Positions 37,101 to 62,830 of a DNA stretch of 64,000 nt are shown here, one piece after another. A program made the translations under genes and the position numbers. Source of the stretch: Tubiluchus corallicola. Taxonomy: Eukaryota > Animalia > Priapulida. Location of the stretch: positions 124,001 through 188,000 of the forward strand of contig JAQGDQ010000362.1 of the NCBI GenBank assembly GCA_030141605.1, read 5' to 3'. The notes beneath the pieces were generated by a model that saw nothing but the letters and a program-made list of their open reading frames with translations, did no database searches and had not been told where the DNA came from. Every line of letters starts with the position of its first letter. Positions within the stretch are counted from its first letter, which is position 1.

Positions 37101-38757
37101 ATGTATTGTTTTGAGGCCCCCGCTTTATCGGTAAGTTCAATGTCTATATCATGTGCACACGCAGAAAAAAATTGTATCACTACTGTTAACATTTACAGCA
37201 GCTGCTCTGTGTGTCTACTATTTTTACGCGGGTGTTGCTTTCAACAACTGACCACAGTTTCTTTCTTTTTAAGCGGTATTTGGTCCCTGCCTTCAACAAT
37301 TTTTGCTTTTAGTTCCTCTTCATCAAACAGCTCTGCGCAATCGTCCTATACTTTCTCTGGGAATTTCTAACCGTAGTTCATAGGACTAAGTTCCATTTTT
37401 TTCTTGACAGCAAATCTGTATCAGTATCTTCTGTGGTAAAGATCTAAACTGGTTGATTTCTTTGTTGTTTTTTTTTAGATAAATAGTTGAATCGAGGTGG
37501 CACTTTTTCAATAGTTGATAGTTGGCTGATGTTCCGGTAGTAAAATTCTTAATATGCAAAAGTTTTTCAGTCATAACTTGAAAACTGTTAAAACTATAAA
37601 GTTTGTTACTTTTACAACCGAAAGTTAATGTACTGGAATACCACCCTGTTAAACTTTAATTTTGTGGAGCAGCTTGTTCTAATGCTACTGTAGTATAAAC
37701 TGCGGAAATTTTGTGCGTCACCCGATATATATATATATATATATCGGGTGGCGGTATGCTGATATAATGATATATACATACCTATATATATATATATATA
37801 TATATATGTATTAGTGACCGCTAAAATATTCTCAAAATACGTAAAATACCTTAGCTACCTTAAAGAGAAAGAAAAGGGAATTTTAAAATATATTCCCAAA
37901 AATTTCCATACAAAGTTATGGCATACAGGGTTAACTTCTTGAGTTCCAGGACACAGGAAATTCTTTCCTGCTAATCTCAGAATACAAAGTGGCCGCCAGT
38001 TTACAAACAAAATTTTTAACTTGAATTTTTATTGTATTCTCGACCGTTCTCAAGTTTTGTCTGCCAATTAGAATACTTCTGTCGCCTTTTCGACTTTTTG
38101 TGAGATGTTCGTTCAAATATACTGCCCAGTGTCTGTCATCAAGTTCAATACCGTTGTCGTTGTCGTTGTCGTCGTCGCTGTTCCTTATTATCATCGTCGT
38201 CGTCATCATCATCATCATCATCGTCATCGTCATTGTCATCATCATCGTCGTTTGTCGTTATTGTAACTATTACATGATTGTACTTATTAATAAGCCTACT
38301 TTCGTAAAGCTGCGAACCGTTTTTCATATTCAAGTCTCTGGCTATTCAACAGATTTTGTGTGACTGGGGTGGGTCTGACAGCGTCAAGAATATTTGATCT
38401 TGCCATATATTATTTATAGGTGTTCCAAAACTAGCCACTGCAATCTGGGTTTTGGTTTAAGATTTCCTTGCAGCAGAGTACAAACATATAGTGTATGTAA
38501 ACTGCCCGATTGAAATTTACCAAACCCATTGTTTGTGTTCTTATCTTATCTTACAATTAAAACTGAAAACTGTCACTCATGACGCAGTTATTTGCGGAAG
38601 GTCTGCAATAAATTGCACCTATATATATTGTGCAATGGATATTGGCTGATATTTAAAACAGGAAGATTGTGTTTTTTGCAGGTTGCAGAGCTGTCGGCAG
38701 ATTTTTATACGGCCGGGAGAGAGCAAAATAATACCTATCAAGAGGACTTGTGACTAA
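29769..38757 (+). CDS. Pancreatic lipase-related protein (lipase A), ~614 aa; exons 29769-30144, 32085-32482, 32654-32885, 33641-33763, 33878-33988, 35761-36109, 36913-37092, 38682-38757
   Basis: Signal peptide, VCYKNFGCF, IIHGF, VVDWSKGA, catalytic triad GFSLG (Ser) / GLDPAGP (Asp) / CSHERS (His), NGG..QPGC lid start, and a PLAT-like C-terminus. All introns are GT-AG with matching phases; 1845 nt. The last two exons are less certain. Confidence 0.88.
30440..31731. mobile_element. Foldback-like element with long modular TIRs, copy A
   Basis: Ends TGTTACAGGCACTGTGTAAAA and TTTCACACTTTGCCTGTGACA. Arms of ~250 bp with repeated aaaatgcctag-like modules. Same family as 39867-41085. Confidence 0.6.
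34135..34220. repeat. (GTT)/(GCT) microsatellite
   Basis: Direct inspection. Confidence 0.9.
37140..37728 (-). mobile_element. Tc1/mariner-family fossil, copy 1
   Basis: Homologous to 42285-43015 (shared ccgaaagttaatgtactg and gaggaactaaaagcaaaa regions). Terminal ttttgtgcgtcacccgata abuts a (TA)n run. Confidence 0.55.
38152..38250. repeat. (GTC)/(ATC) microsatellite
   Basis: Direct inspection. Confidence 0.85.
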
Positions 38758-39270
38758 AAACATTATAATGAATAGAAGTCATACGATGATGACAAAATAT
38801 TAATTTTTATAAAAAAATATACAATTTTGTTTTAACGTTTTTTCTAGCAATTTAAACAGTTAATAGTGACTTTACAAAAATCGTTTGCCATTGTATTTCT
38901 TGTAACCATAGTACTGCTGCATTTTCATTATTTTCGTCTGTACGTTTTGATGTTATATTTTGCGAGTAAAAGGGTTTTTACAAATTACGCGTAGGTTTTC
39001 GTACACATCTTGCTTTTGCTTTTTTTAATTGTTTGTAATCAGTAGCTAACTTAAAAATAAAAATAAACGAACTAAGTAACATTTTATGCCTTTAGTATCA
39101 TGTCATTTTCTAATACACTCGCTGACGCCGCTGGTTATTATACTTTTTCTAAAACGTTTTATTTAAAAAAATGGACTGTGTTACATTTGTAGATAAGAGA
39201 AGTTGTTACCTGATTATAGTTGATTGTTATAAGAGAAAACAATCGCGAATTAAACGCACTGAGCAGTGTC

Positions 39271-51463
<12,193 letters not shown>

Positions 51464-51989
51464 AATTGAAACAACGCATCAAGAAAATATACATTTGGCG
51501 TACTAGGTGTTTGGATAGATAACAATACGTAATAGATGAATGGAAATCAGGTGATGATGACTATTTATAATCATAACTTAATTGTAAATGCAATTATCAT
51601 CGACAACTTACCTGTAGGTAATTGCAAATAAGTCATGATTATATATTCACGATTATAAAATGTTTAAAAATCTGGTACTGTTTAACAAACTACTTTTTAT
51701 GTCTATCGGTTTAAGCTGGATTTGTTATACTATAAGTTTACAGAATATTTAGCTTGGCATTTGATTAGAATATATTTTTAGCTTCTTGTTATCGTACAAA
51801 ATACATGTACTGTACATTATTACACATGTACTGCACGTGCATTTAAAAAGGTTAAGAACTTTCTAGTACTTTGTTTAATTAGATGCTGGAATTTGGTGAA
51901 CTAGGGTTTTATGTTCGTGTTCCTGACGCATTACAATTACACCCTCAAAAATAAAATAATTACGTTTGTCGGATAAGACTAGATATTTA

Positions 51990-52600
51990 TTGTCATTTGT
52001 CAATGTGAGTACAAGTGCATGAATGTTACATCGAGTCTGGGGCGAAGCAAATTGTTCGTAAAATAAACACTCATTTCTCGATCTAAGACATTCTAGCAGA
52101 ATAGACCCCTCGTCTTGTATTTGGCCACTTGAACGAAGCCAATTTTCTACCGGCAGTCTCAACCATCTACCAGTTTCAATGCTTAATTGGCGAGAGCTAC
52201 ATCTAATTCTCGTCAACGCAATTCTTTGAAATTTCGGTATACCACTCACATAAACGCTAACGCTAAAGCCGGTTTAAACTTCAAATGTGTGCGTCGACGT
52301 GACTATAATAAATTAGTTATGGTGTTAAACTGAATGTTGCTGCGCATTTCGAAAATTTTTCAATCATTTTGCTGAAAATTGTCACAAGAGAAAACTTAGC
52401 GTTGTTAAGTATTTTAATTATTAGTATTAACAACTGTTGAATGGTTTACCAGTTCTAGGTTCCACAATTCTCAAATGAAGGAGTAACTATGATTAGATTT
52501 CCACAGCATGATAAAGAAAAGCACCTCGCAAGTCGGCTCCTTTGTAAAAAATTATAGCAAATTGTTTTTAGTGTATTAATTAGAAGACTATTAAATAATG
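51990..52600 (-). mobile_element. Degenerate LINE 3' fragment
   Basis: RIALTRIRCSSRQLSIETGRW....QDEGSILLEC is the same C-terminal motif class as in 8040-9245. Confidence 0.7.
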
Positions 52601-54304
52601 TCTCCTTCATGACGCCTTCGTTGCGTTATACATTCACACAAAAAATAACAACATGTCTTGCCATGGTATTTCCTAACAGAAAACGCCTGCCGTCTTGCTT
52701 AATACCGTTAAACAATTTTTACTCAATTGGATTTCGACTTTTGAATTGGTGGCCTCGGCTTTTTTGGTTTTGGTTTTGGTTTTCTGTACAGCTATCCTAA
52801 CAGTTATTTTGCAATCAATGTGATGTGTATAGATCACCGATTTTTGCGCGGATGATCGCGACATTAGGCAATTTGAGAAATACGTAAGTTTCTGCCTTTC
52901 TTCTAAGGTTATGAATTAGTTAACAAAATAACACAATCGGCACAACAATTCCTGTACACTGTGCCATTTTAGGTTTGCCTTTCCATATGTAGTTTGGATA
53001 ATTTGTTTTCGGTGACCTTATTCCCTGTTACGATCCGGAGTACCACAGGAGTTTGTCATTTATTGATGTTCTTCAGTGAAATCTCACGCAGGAGCCACCT
53101 TATTGCATTTTCATATGGAACAAATTGAGTACATAATTAAAATTATTAAGGCCATACATTTTCTAGTAACTCAATACCTATATTTACTGGTTTCGAAGTG
53201 TTATACTATGCAAAAGTTTATCAGAATTATATTTCTTTTTCGAAAATTATATATTTTCATTTTATCCGCTCAAAACTTCAATATATTTGAATTCACTTAT
53301 TTTAGTTTCACTGAATTCATAGTAACGAGTACCGCTGTTATCTTAAAATTACAAACACGAACTTGGAAATGAGTAAATTTACCTTACTAGTGGCAAAATG
53401 AAAAACTTGCATTAAACCAAACGTGGCAGCCAATTACAACAAACTTACAAAAAAGTTCAATACATGCTATACATTTGAGTGTATTTTCCTTGTTATATGC
53501 AGTAAGAGCGATATTCAAAATCTAAGTATTTGGCTTCACTTCCTTGAAAGGGTAATCGTGCAAATTTAACTGTACTAGGTCCGGCTGCTATTCGGCCAGG
53601 CTAACGCATATCTTTTGTTTAAGCATTTATGATGCGTGACCAGAACGATTAGCTCTTTAACAGGAATAATGTCTCATAATACTTGTTGGGGGTATTCTAG
53701 AACCGCAACAGGATCTCAAATATTAGGGTTTTATAGACAGTGGACGATATAAATCGCTACCGTTTCAGCTTTTCGCTCCTCCCAGTAAAGAATTTGCTGT
53801 AATTATTGCTAACAAACTTTAGAAAAACATTTGACAGGAAACGAGTGCACATACTACGTTTAATTTTCAAGGTATGTCATTTTTTATATTATAATTCAGT
53901 AATTATTTTCTTAACGATGGCGATTGTGATACTAAAAACTTTGTTATGTAGCAAAAAAGTGAACTGGCGGGAATTTAGGCATAAGTTTCAAATGCATATC
54001 AGATTGTTATTTTTCACTTTTTATTTTTTAGAATTACTTATTGTCGATGTTAATAAACACCACAAGATTACTGTTATTATTTTATCTTTAAAACTACATG
54101 AGGTTAATGACAATATATTTACTAGATTCTGTAATTTCAATACATCATAGTTTTAGCAGATGCTGATGTAACAGGCTAGTAATACTATCGTACATAAGAT
54201 AATGACAGCGATTGACAAGAAAGAAAAATTTATAAGTGAGCTTTTTACAGTTTGAAATGTTGCAGATATAAGTAAAGAAAGTAAAGGCAAATCAACAAGA
54301 GTAA

Positions 54305-57300
54305 ATGGCAAGAATGAGTTTGTTGGCAAAACTAATTGCAATAATTGGTAAGTATGTTAATTATTTACGTGCATTGTGATGAACTAAATAAAGCTAGATA
54401 ATCTAAATTCGCTCAACTACATAATTATTGGTGGATGATATGACATGAGATGTCTCAATAAAATAGACACAATAAATATATTTTAAAATTCTGGCGTTTT
54501 CATTGTTATTTGTGATGTGGGGCTGTAGAACTATACTTAACGGTACTTAACTATATAAGCCCTAGTCAGTTATTAATTTAGTTATCAGTTGAGATATGAC
54601 AGGGTGAGTATGCATTCTATAGACCAGGGTAGCCGTTGATCTAATCAGTAAACAGAGAAGAATATTATAGGCTTATTCATCCTACTGTTTCTACTCTTCA
54701 TCAATATCTGCTATACATTCTGCTTTGCAAACTTCCATCTACGCTGAAGATGCTACTCTGTAAAGCAAGTTGCTGACTTTCCTATTAGACGATGGTTTTC
54801 CAAAATTATTTCCTATTTCCTTCTACAGATTAGAAGCGAGAAATCTTCATATCTTGGAACGTGGCAAACCTAGACCTCAATACAAATAAAGTAAATGGAT
54901 CGACATATAGGTTAATTAATAAAAAAACTGATCTAGTCACATTTCCATTTTAAGCAATGTTAAACTGGAGTAATGCATGAACCGTCGTGGAAATGTTGTT
55001 ACATAACTATGAGATTTGGATGCAATCCTTGTAAAAAATAAATTTCTATTCGATTCGGTTCTGTTCTATTCTATTCTATTCTATTCTATTCTATTCTATT
55101 CTATTCTATTCTATTCTATTCTATTCTATTCTATTCTATTCTATTCTATTCTATTCTATTCTGATCTATTCTATTCTATTCTATTCTATTCTATTCTATT
55201 CTATTCTATTCTATTCTATTCTATTCTATTCTATTCTATTCTATTCTATTCTATTCTATTCTATTCTATTCTATTCTATTCTATTCTATTCTATTCTGAT
55301 CTATTCTATTTTAAACCATCAACAAGTTTCGTGGTAATTATTCATGCATCATAACTAAAGGAAAAACAAAACACGGTTTAGTTAATTAACATCTGTTTAT
55401 CAACCATCTTTAGCATGGTTTGCTCAGATTCGTTGCTATTGCTGAGACAAATTTGTGAGTTTGCGATATTCGATAACTATTCGTACTTCTTTTCGTCCTT
55501 TCGTAATTAGTCTAGTAATTTACATTTTTGTTACCTACACTCAGAGAAATCTTTACTGTCTTTCACAATTTACACTCTTTATATGTCAAATATGAGACAT
55601 TCGGGGCAGGCAAATCTACTCCGACGTAAAATTGTATTAATGACCCTATGATAAATGCACATACTTGCATCGGTAATTACTTTTCTAAAAAGTTAAGAGT
55701 TGTGTACCAGTTTTGTTTATTAATTTTACCAAGAATTAAATTTATTACCGCTGTATACGAAACTACCTGAGAGTTTTAGTAAGAGCGAGCAAATGCACAG
55801 AAGCATTTTATGATTTCCTGTTGTGTACATCGACAACTTAAAGAAAATTCTTAATCTTCCAAATTTAAAATTTTATTTCAGTTGTATTTGGTCATGTGAA
55901 ATCCAACGTTGTAGAAGAAAACTTCAAGAACCAGATAAAATTTGCTGTAGCTAAACGTGTTTATGGCAGACTGATGAAAGCGCTGGATGAGGCCCGAAAC
56001 TTCTGCAAAATAAAAACGGTTAGCAAATTCTATACGACTAGGTTACTAGGTTTTGTGTCATTTTGTGTCTAATGGCAATTATGTTTGTTTGAGTCAGGTA
56101 ACTATTCTGAAGGAGTCTATTCAATAATGCTTGTTTGTTTGCAAGTTACTCACCTAATAATTTCACAACCTGTGTATTTGTAACAAAGTTGGTATTCAGA
56201 GTCTATCACTTTAAATATTTCATATAAAACTTTTTTATGGCGATTAAAGATGTGCTATGATAAACTGGGCTGCTTCGACAACAAAAAACCGTACGACAAC
56301 GTGCTGTGCCAAGTTCCAGAAGATCCCGCTGACTTGGGTACCAAGTTCCTGCTTTACACACGACAAGATCAGCTAACTCCAGAAGAGATACACTATTCAA
56401 GTGAACGTTCAGTGACGAGGTCAAGTTATGATCCAACGCGCAAAACCAAATTTTTGATGCACGGTTTCACTGAAAATGGTCATCTGGCTTGGGTGAAGTC
56501 CATTGTTAAAGAAACATTACAGAAGGTGAGTGTATGTTGTGGCCATATGTTATATCTTGAAAAAACACTGCAACTACGATTATCTTCCTACGTTTCATCA
56601 AAGAACTCAGAATTTCACTAACACATTTTTTCTTATGATTCTTAGCGCTAATAAATAGTCAATTTAGACAAAGATTTTTAACATCTTCATCACTACGTAG
56701 TGTTTAAATTTTTCTTTCATTACATTCATTACAAGCTTATTAATTTAAGTATAATTGTAATTCAAGTGCGAAAAATTAAAGTTTATTTGCATTTTAGGAG
56801 ACCGTTAACTTTGTAGTAGTAGACTGGGAAAGAGGAGCTCGATTACCAAACTATTTTCAAGCTGTAGCCAACTGTAGAATTGTTGGTGCTGAAATTGCCT
56901 TGCTAGTTAGCAAACTTGGTGAGTGGAAAGGATTACAAAACAGCAACGTTACTCTAATAGGTTTCAGTCTTGGTGCTCAGGTGGCTGGATATGCAGGGGA
57001 GCGCTTGCCTGGACTGAGCAAAATTATCGGTAAGCATTACTAGCCTGAATTTAATTAAAGTCTTCAGTGGCATGTCTGCGAGGTTGCATGAGAAATAAAA
57101 CCTTAGTGCTGTGAAAAATGAATAAATTATTGCAAAATAGTTTCTTGTTATATCAAAATTAGAAATTTGTCGCATGTCACTTCAAATCTTTACAGCTTAG
57201 GGATTACATTTTCCGTTTTTACTACAGGTTTAGACCCAGCCGGTCCTCTTTTTGAAGGCGAAGATACCAAAGTTCGATTAGATCCCACTGATGCTGAAAA

Positions 57301-60205
57301 TGTTGCTGTATTGCACACAAATGGCGGCGTTCTTACTCTTGGATATCTTGGTAACATACAGCGTTAATATTATTTGTTTTGAAATGTGCAGTAATAAGTG
57401 CAAATATAAGCAGGTGAGACATTTAATTAACTACAGCTTAAATGCAACATTCAATTGACAGTGGATGAAATAATATGTAGGCTTCTAATAATTATATAGC
57501 ACGTATTAATTTTGCTACGTGTGCAATAATATTTGTTATTGTTCCTGCTTGTGCATCAAATTAAGACATCTGTAATTGCATGTAACTTTGCATTAGTGGC
57601 CATGCATGTGTAAAAAAGGAAATAAGTTACATGCAGGAGGGCCATTAAACAAATATTGTATTTGTATAAATGGAACAAAATTCATGATTATAAAAAAGAC
57701 ATCAAACTCGATAGTTATTTTATTAGGTTACTTGCCGGAATGTGGTCATGTAGACTTTTATCCCAATGGAGGATCAATTCAGCCAGGATGCGGATCACCC
57801 ACAGAAAGTGCTCTTGATGCTACAGCTAGCCTTTTTGGATTATCCTACACAGGTGTGTTTATCTTATTTTTATTTTCTAATTACATCATCACACAGGTAA
57901 AAAGAGAAAGATTTTCCTAAAAAAACAGGTTCAAAATAGTTTTCTAACGTAGTGGTTTCACTAGACCAATCGACCCACTTTACATATCATAGACATGTAT
58001 TTTGTTCGAATTCATGTAGCCACTTGGCTTTAGTAGCAGGCAATCACTTTTCGGACATAGTGCAAATGTCAATATTCTAACTTGGAATCCCTTTGAAACC
58101 CAAAAACCAAAACCTTGCTATTTTGGAAGCCAAAATATAAGAAATCTAAGATGGCAGTGACCAAACCCAAAAAACCGAAAAGTTACTATTTTGGACGCCA
58201 AAAATATAAGAAATCTAAGATGACAGTGGCCTAAATTGGCAACTCTATACTGGAGGTATAGCACATTGATTGCACAATCATTTACTATTTTGGAAGCCAC
58301 GAGTTTAGTTCCCGAATGAGTCATAATAAAGATATAAGAAATGGTACCGCTAGTTCTTTGACTAACCACGCTTTAAGAATTGGTACCACTAGTTTTTTGA
58401 CTAACCACGCGGGCTCATCGAATTAACAAGCGGGTAGTAATAATCGGGACCGCCTTGAAAATAAATATTGAGTTACTTTAGTTTTATCCCTGTTCTACGT
58501 CCTAAACAAAACTATTATATATGTGTTCGTCATAGTGTCACTCATGCAAATTTTCATTGAACTCTACGTAGTCATTTGGTCGTCCATAAAAACCAAACTC
58601 GGCTCGCTTAACAATATTTTAGCGCTATATTTGATCAAGGATGTCATTGACTTCAATGACCCCCGTATGTCCGCCCCAGAAGCCCTATAATTCATGATAT
58701 TTTTATTAATATCCATGCCGTTGTTCGGTTGCCGACAAAGTCAAACAGATTTACCTAATTGCAAAGATCTGCAGGATATTTTAAATGCTTTTATCCTTTC
58801 CTAGTTGACGTACTATATGGTGAAATGGACCTGCGCACTAACTTGCTTGACCAAGCCAAAGAAATTTTTGCCAAGTTGTACCATGTATTTGACCGAGCAG
58901 CTTGTAATCATCGCCGAGCTGTATATCTCTACTCAAAAGCTTTAAGGCACGGCATCACTGGATTTGGCTGCGACAGTTACGAGTCTTTTTCCCATGGAAG
59001 ATGTGACAAAGTTGGGATAGCAAGTCTGGAGAACAGCGAATACAGAGGAAGTGCTTACTTACACACTTTGAATAAGCACAGTGGATACATTGGTAAGTAC
59101 TTACTGAACATTTTGTGATTTTGATGTGAAGTCTGAAGATTTGTTTTTAATTTTTTTATACAACACTAATATAAAATTTTATTACGTAACGCATGAGTAG
59201 CCTAAAACTATGTTGTTAGCCCTCTAATCTTTCCCTCATTTTTTAAACTTAATTGCAGGAACTCATTTTCGTGTAAAGATAACTGTAGGTTCTGAGGAGC
59301 CTCGTGGGGAAATAAATGCAACCTTGACATTCAGTTCAGGCGAGGCACAAGCTATTCGCCTCACCAAGTAAGAAAATTTTCTTAAAATATTAAAATATTT
59401 AAAATAGAATTACATCAGTGTGTTAAAACTTGCATTAAATAGCTCTTCTATACAAAAATATTTAGGTGTATAGTCGCAGTGCATTACTTTTCTCTCCACT
59501 TGATGTAAGTTGTACGGCAGTGTATTATTTTTGTAGGAATGAAAAGGTAAACTCATCATCTAGCACTTCTGTGGTAATGGTAACTCAGTACCACCTCGTA
59601 AAAGAAAACATCAAAAAAGTAGATATTCACTACCAGAAGGGTTTCTCTTTGTGGCCTTGGGTACATAATTCCTTGGATGTGGTAGAAGTGGATGTGCTTA
59701 ACTACGACAGCAGAAAAAGGTAAGTGGAACAACGCCAAAACCAGAACTGTGCCACTTGGCTTCCCGTAGCAACTAAGGCGACTGCATGGGGGACATATTT
59801 GTCTTTAGGAGACAAATGAGCATTTAATGAAATGCATTAGCAATGTTAAATGGTTACGGCTGGACTGAACGTAGTTAAGTAGCAACGATGAATTTATTAC
59901 ATCTACGTTCTTTCTAAATAATATAAATTCCTTGAAGCATATATACCACAGAACTACAACATACATAACTATGGATGTTAAATTAATTTATAATTTTGAA
60001 GATTTATTTTTTCATTTAGATATTTGTCAAGTCTGATTCTGCATAGCAAGCGCATTGCTACCAAACAGAAGTAATCGCCCTAGGAATTTAGGAAAAATTT
60101 CCTTAACAATTTTGATGTTTCAGTTGGAGGAACTGTGAGAACAAGAATATACCATCTGGTGCAACAAAATTATTCTTAATGAAAAGTGAAAACTGTAGAA
60201 GTTGA
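54305..60205 (+). CDS. Pancreatic lipase-related protein (lipase C, long lid), ~532 aa; exons 54305-54347, 55882-56018, 56250-56525, 56798-57029, 57228-57350, 57727-57852, 58805-59092, 59259-59367, 59537-59719, 60124-60205
   Basis: Signal [74 protein letters not shown] domain. Exon lengths 137/232/123/109/183 are identical to lipase B; 1599 nt. Confidence 0.92.
55064..55310. repeat. (TTCTA)n pentanucleotide microsatellite
   Basis: About 245 bp, nearly perfect, with two identical TGATC interruptions. Confidence 0.97.
58095..58410. repeat. Local tandem duplications (two ~65-bp and two ~39-bp units)
   Basis: ctattttggaagccaaaatataagaaatctaagatg occurs twice, and tggtacc.ctagtt.tttgactaaccacgc occurs twice. 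Confidence 0.7.
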
Positions 60206-62364
60206 AGACATCGTGGAAATTGGAGAAGATGCCAAAGTCGAAAGAGCTTTCCCAATAAGGAAAATACGTGTGTAGAGCAATGTACTAATTATTTTGCTTC
60301 AAGATTGTTCGGTGATTGTTTTAGCATTGTCAGTTTTTATTTGAAAAAACATAACATTGATTAATTGGCCACATTAACATTGATTCATAAAATGTGCATT
60401 TGGTAGCGATTTTAATTTCTTTTAGATTTCTTTTAGATTTTCTGGAAAACCATATATGATGTGTGTGTTGTAAAATTACTGGTTTGATGTAAACGTAAGG
60501 TAGCGAGTATCAAATATTGTAACATTTTCAATATTTTAACCATTTGGTGTGGTATTATGTATTCATCTGTGCCAACACACAAAAGAAACTGATACTTGTG
60601 AAACTGAGTCGGCATAATCAGAACAATTTTCATTTATTAGCACGAGATAGCATTTTAAATAATTTGTTAATACTTTTTTAAATATTAGACGTATACGAAT
60701 CTTTTGTTTGGGTTACGTTTATTTTATAGATGACAAATTATTGAAAATTCACTTCAATTACAATTTTTTGGCTTATGTTTGTTGTATGACAGCTGGATTT
60801 TTCTTTTAACTGTTTCTTTTATTTCTGACTGGTAATCATTATAGTTTTCGAACACAGGAATTCAACAATACCCACGCGCACCACCCTCACTACATTAAGT
60901 TATAACTAAGAAATATAACCTGGAGCCAACAAAATAATTCTAGATGCATAATCTACCGCGTCCCTGGTCAAAGGAAGGCCTAATGTTACTTGCAGTCATG
61001 TGTGTGCGCGGAAGCCAAAAATCGCGCACACAACGGCATGGAAGTTGCACGCAATAAGTTGTAATGTTTTTGCTGTCAGAATACTATTTTAATTTGTACA
61101 ACTGTTAGTGCCTGTCATTGGTTGCTGTCGCTGTTAAAATTGGCATTAATTCGGCATTTTATTCTGCAGACATTTGCAATGATTTTATCTCTTTTCTCTT
61201 TATAACTTGACTATCTGAAAGCAAATGAATAGACAATGTGATATTTAAATTTTTATTTCAAAAATACTTGAAATTATTTTAGTTATCATTTAAATAAAAC
61301 ATTTTAACATAAAAAGTAAATGCTATTTTATTGTTTATTTTGAAATTCGGCGCACAACTCTGTGAAGGAATACGATGCTGCAAGACTGTTTTGAGTAACT
61401 GTAGAGTGATCTTTATAGTCAGCAGGATTGTCCAAGGTTTAGTGTCGTTACTCTAGCGCTTACTCTCGTTACGCTAGTAACGAAAATTTGAACGAAATCA
61501 AAACATAAGTTGACAGAACTGCCCACAGTTCAGCTAAACAGCAGATTACACAGATGGGTATCCATTTCATTCCAACAGATTCTTGATATCTATATTTTAC
61601 TGATAGATCAACAAAAATTTTATAATATAAAATAATAGATAACATCATGTACACCTGTAATTATATATAGATTTGGTTATTTACCTTCACTAAATTTATA
61701 AATTATCACGCCTGCTCATTTTGCATTTGTCTAGATCATCATGTCTTAAATTCCCTTATATACATTTCTCACTATCAAAATGCAAATATTGTAGAATCTG
61801 GAAATAGTCAGCAACGTTTCGATATATTGCCAGTCTTGAATACTATACACACAATACATACATTGTTTACAAAAATATAAATACTAACATATCTAGTGTC
61901 GAGAACTACGCTTGTCGAGTAAAAGTGCTTATTCGTGGTCACAAGTATGTTTCCTAAGCCTGTTTTCATAGTACATTTAACTCTATGCAAACTAGCTTTG
62001 TACTCAATTTGCCGTCCAAACCGAATGTAAGAGGTAAAATCACTTGCATATAGGCTTCCTTCTCAGAAGGTATTTATAGTTGTAATCTTATTTCTAGCTA
62101 CCTAGCTTGGAGGCACAGGTAATAATGGCACAGGAAAAATGGCACATGTGTTATTTTGATGCAACTGATTTCCATAGTAAAACTAGGATGCGCTGCCAAA
62201 GGTGAACAATCCCAAACTTATTCGTCTGATTCACAAAATATTTGTTCATTAAATAAATTTATAATCAACAATGCAACGAGTGTTCCGCATAATCTACCTT
62301 TCTTTAACCACAAATTTTGCAATGGTAATAGACTGACATATTATAACGCAAAAACTAAAAAATT

Positions 62365-62830
62365 TGGTAATAACCAGATTTTTTACAATCGGATGGCAAA
62401 AAGTTTAGTTATAATCAAATTGTTTTATAATCGGACGGAAAACGAAAAAATCTGGTTTTAACTAGTTTTTATGTTAAAATTGCAAATATACTCTTTCAAC
62501 CATGGAGAAACGAGAAGAACTCGTGTTTTGTACTTTAGACTCCGGTTTAGTAACAAAATGTTTAGCGCACATCCACGGAATTATTATAAGCGTGAGAACG
62601 TTAAAAGGGATAATAAGAAAATTTGGATTGTGTTGAAGGTGGCCACAAAGTGATGTTACTGACGTTTTTGTACGTGGTGTTCGGTCAAGTTTCACGCAAA
62701 AAGAACGGGGAAAAAACCATCCATTTGGCACTCTATACCTGCACTTACAACGCTTTGGTATATTAATTCCATGATATCCTATTACAAAAAATCTGGTTAT
62801 AACCACATTTTTTTAGAATCGGACGACAAA
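62365..62830. repeat. Repeat with internal direct and inverted modules (ataaccagatttt / aaaatctggtt, aatcggacg)
   Basis: Motifs recur at ~62370, ~62430-62460 and ~62785-62825. Probably a transposon remnant. Confidence 0.35.

Noticed and set aside
55016-55354. ORF with (ILFYS)n repeats
   Set aside because: Translation of (TTCTA)n.
55415-55454. Alternative first exon for lipase C ([13 protein letters not shown], donor GTGAGT, phase 1)
   Set aside because: It is phase-compatible but gives a poor signal peptide. 54305-54347 matches lipase B's layout better. Not excluded as a minor isoform.
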